DNA of 64,000 bases from Mobula hypostoma (Eukaryota): the NCBI RefSeq assembly GCF_963921235.1, contig NC_086097.1, positions 215,514,001-215,578,000 of the forward strand. Direction: 5' to 3'. The position numbers and the translations under genes are program-made. The notes below the pieces were generated by a model. That model was not told the origin of the DNA and ran no database searches. It saw only the letters and a list, made by a program, of their open reading frames with translations. Positions 63,124 to 64,000 of this stretch are shown here, piece after piece; within the stretch, counting starts at the first letter, position 1, and the number at the start of each line of letters is the position of its first letter.

Positions 63124-63846
63124 TGATCTGGATTCTACTGACAGAGAATTAGCTGAGGTTAAAAAATGAAAATTATGTTAATGAAAGACAGATATGTCTT
63201 TATAGCATAAGGTTCAGAAATTGCATCACCTGAGAACAAAAACATATAAATGCTTCTGACCGAAGTTTCGAAAACCAAAAAATATTGTCCTGTTTTTTTC
63301 ATTTTTTCAGATGTTCTCTGCAGCCGATTGCCAGCATTTTGCATTGTCCGAGTTCATAAAAGAAACAAATTTATTAGGACGGAGTCAAGTAAATATCTAC
63401 AGAGCCAGCTATTGCAATCCATTTCATTGTATGACAAGCTTGTTTTGCCCTTCTGCTCCAGTAGATTGGAACGGTATATGCACTAAGAATACATTGATAT
63501 TAACTTCAAAATACAACAAGGGAATCTCATTTCTAACAGATATTAAGAAGGTAGTTGAAAGTGGAATTAGTAAGGAGACCTCAGGGGAACACTAACCTTC
63601 ACAGGCAGCAGTTTGGTCCTATGTAATAACGACAAGGATAAAATTGCAGCACTTGTTTATTGTAACATGGAAAGTGCAGAAAAAATAGGCGCTGCTATCA
63701 AGAGCATCCTTTAAACCTTTGCAAGAATGAGATGCCATGTTTTCTTCAATAGACAAAATTCCTCCTCGCGGCATTGCTACGTTTCCTTTTTGTATCATAG
63801 ATGGGAATTCAGGTGGGAGCAGAACAAAGAAGTCAGGCTAAATCTA

Positions 63847-64000
63847 TAAAAATGAGGAAATCTGCTGGAAATCCAAACAACACACACAAAATGCTGGAGG
63901 AACTCAGCAGCCCAGGCAGCATCCATGGACAAGAGTAAACAGTTGACAATTCAGGCCGAGACCCTTCATCAGGACTGGAAAAAAAGATGAGAAGTCAAAG
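63847..64000 (-). mobile_element. Penelope-like element running off the window end, with a hammerhead motif at 63940-63977
   Basis: ctgctggaaatccaaacaacacacacaaaatgctggaggaactcagcag. Minus strand reads cagtc-CTGATGA-agggtctcggcct-GAAT-tgtc-aactg. Confidence 0.85.

Overview
This is eukaryotic, AT-rich, CpG-depleted vertebrate DNA, most likely from a cartilaginous fish (shark or ray). That assignment is inferred from the repeat complement: abundant CR1 and Rex1/Babar LINEs, HE1-like V-SINEs and Penelope-derived 'ctgcagatgctgg' repeats. I found no recognisable host protein-coding gene, so the window reads as a gene desert or large intron. It alternates TE-poor, enhancer-like blocks (a CpG-retaining island at about 2.6-4.4 kb, tandem RFX X-boxes at 43.9 kb, a locally duplicated 55-bp core at 39.4/40.9 kb) with deeply nested mobile DNA. 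The mobile DNA includes a four-level nest (Rex LINE > Gypsy LTR element > Buster-type hAT carrying a Tx1 ORF2 fragment > non-autonomous retroposon), a second Gypsy, a Rep-deleted Helitron with STPR-like repeats fused to a PIF1 helicase, a near-intact CR1 ORF2, RTE LINEs, SINEs and a Tigger-like MITE. The most notable signal is a series of minimal type I hammerhead ribozyme motifs in the Penelope-like repeats. One copy is intact (53191-53228, minus strand) and several element breakpoints fall at or next to the motif. All family names come from motif recognition, not database searches.
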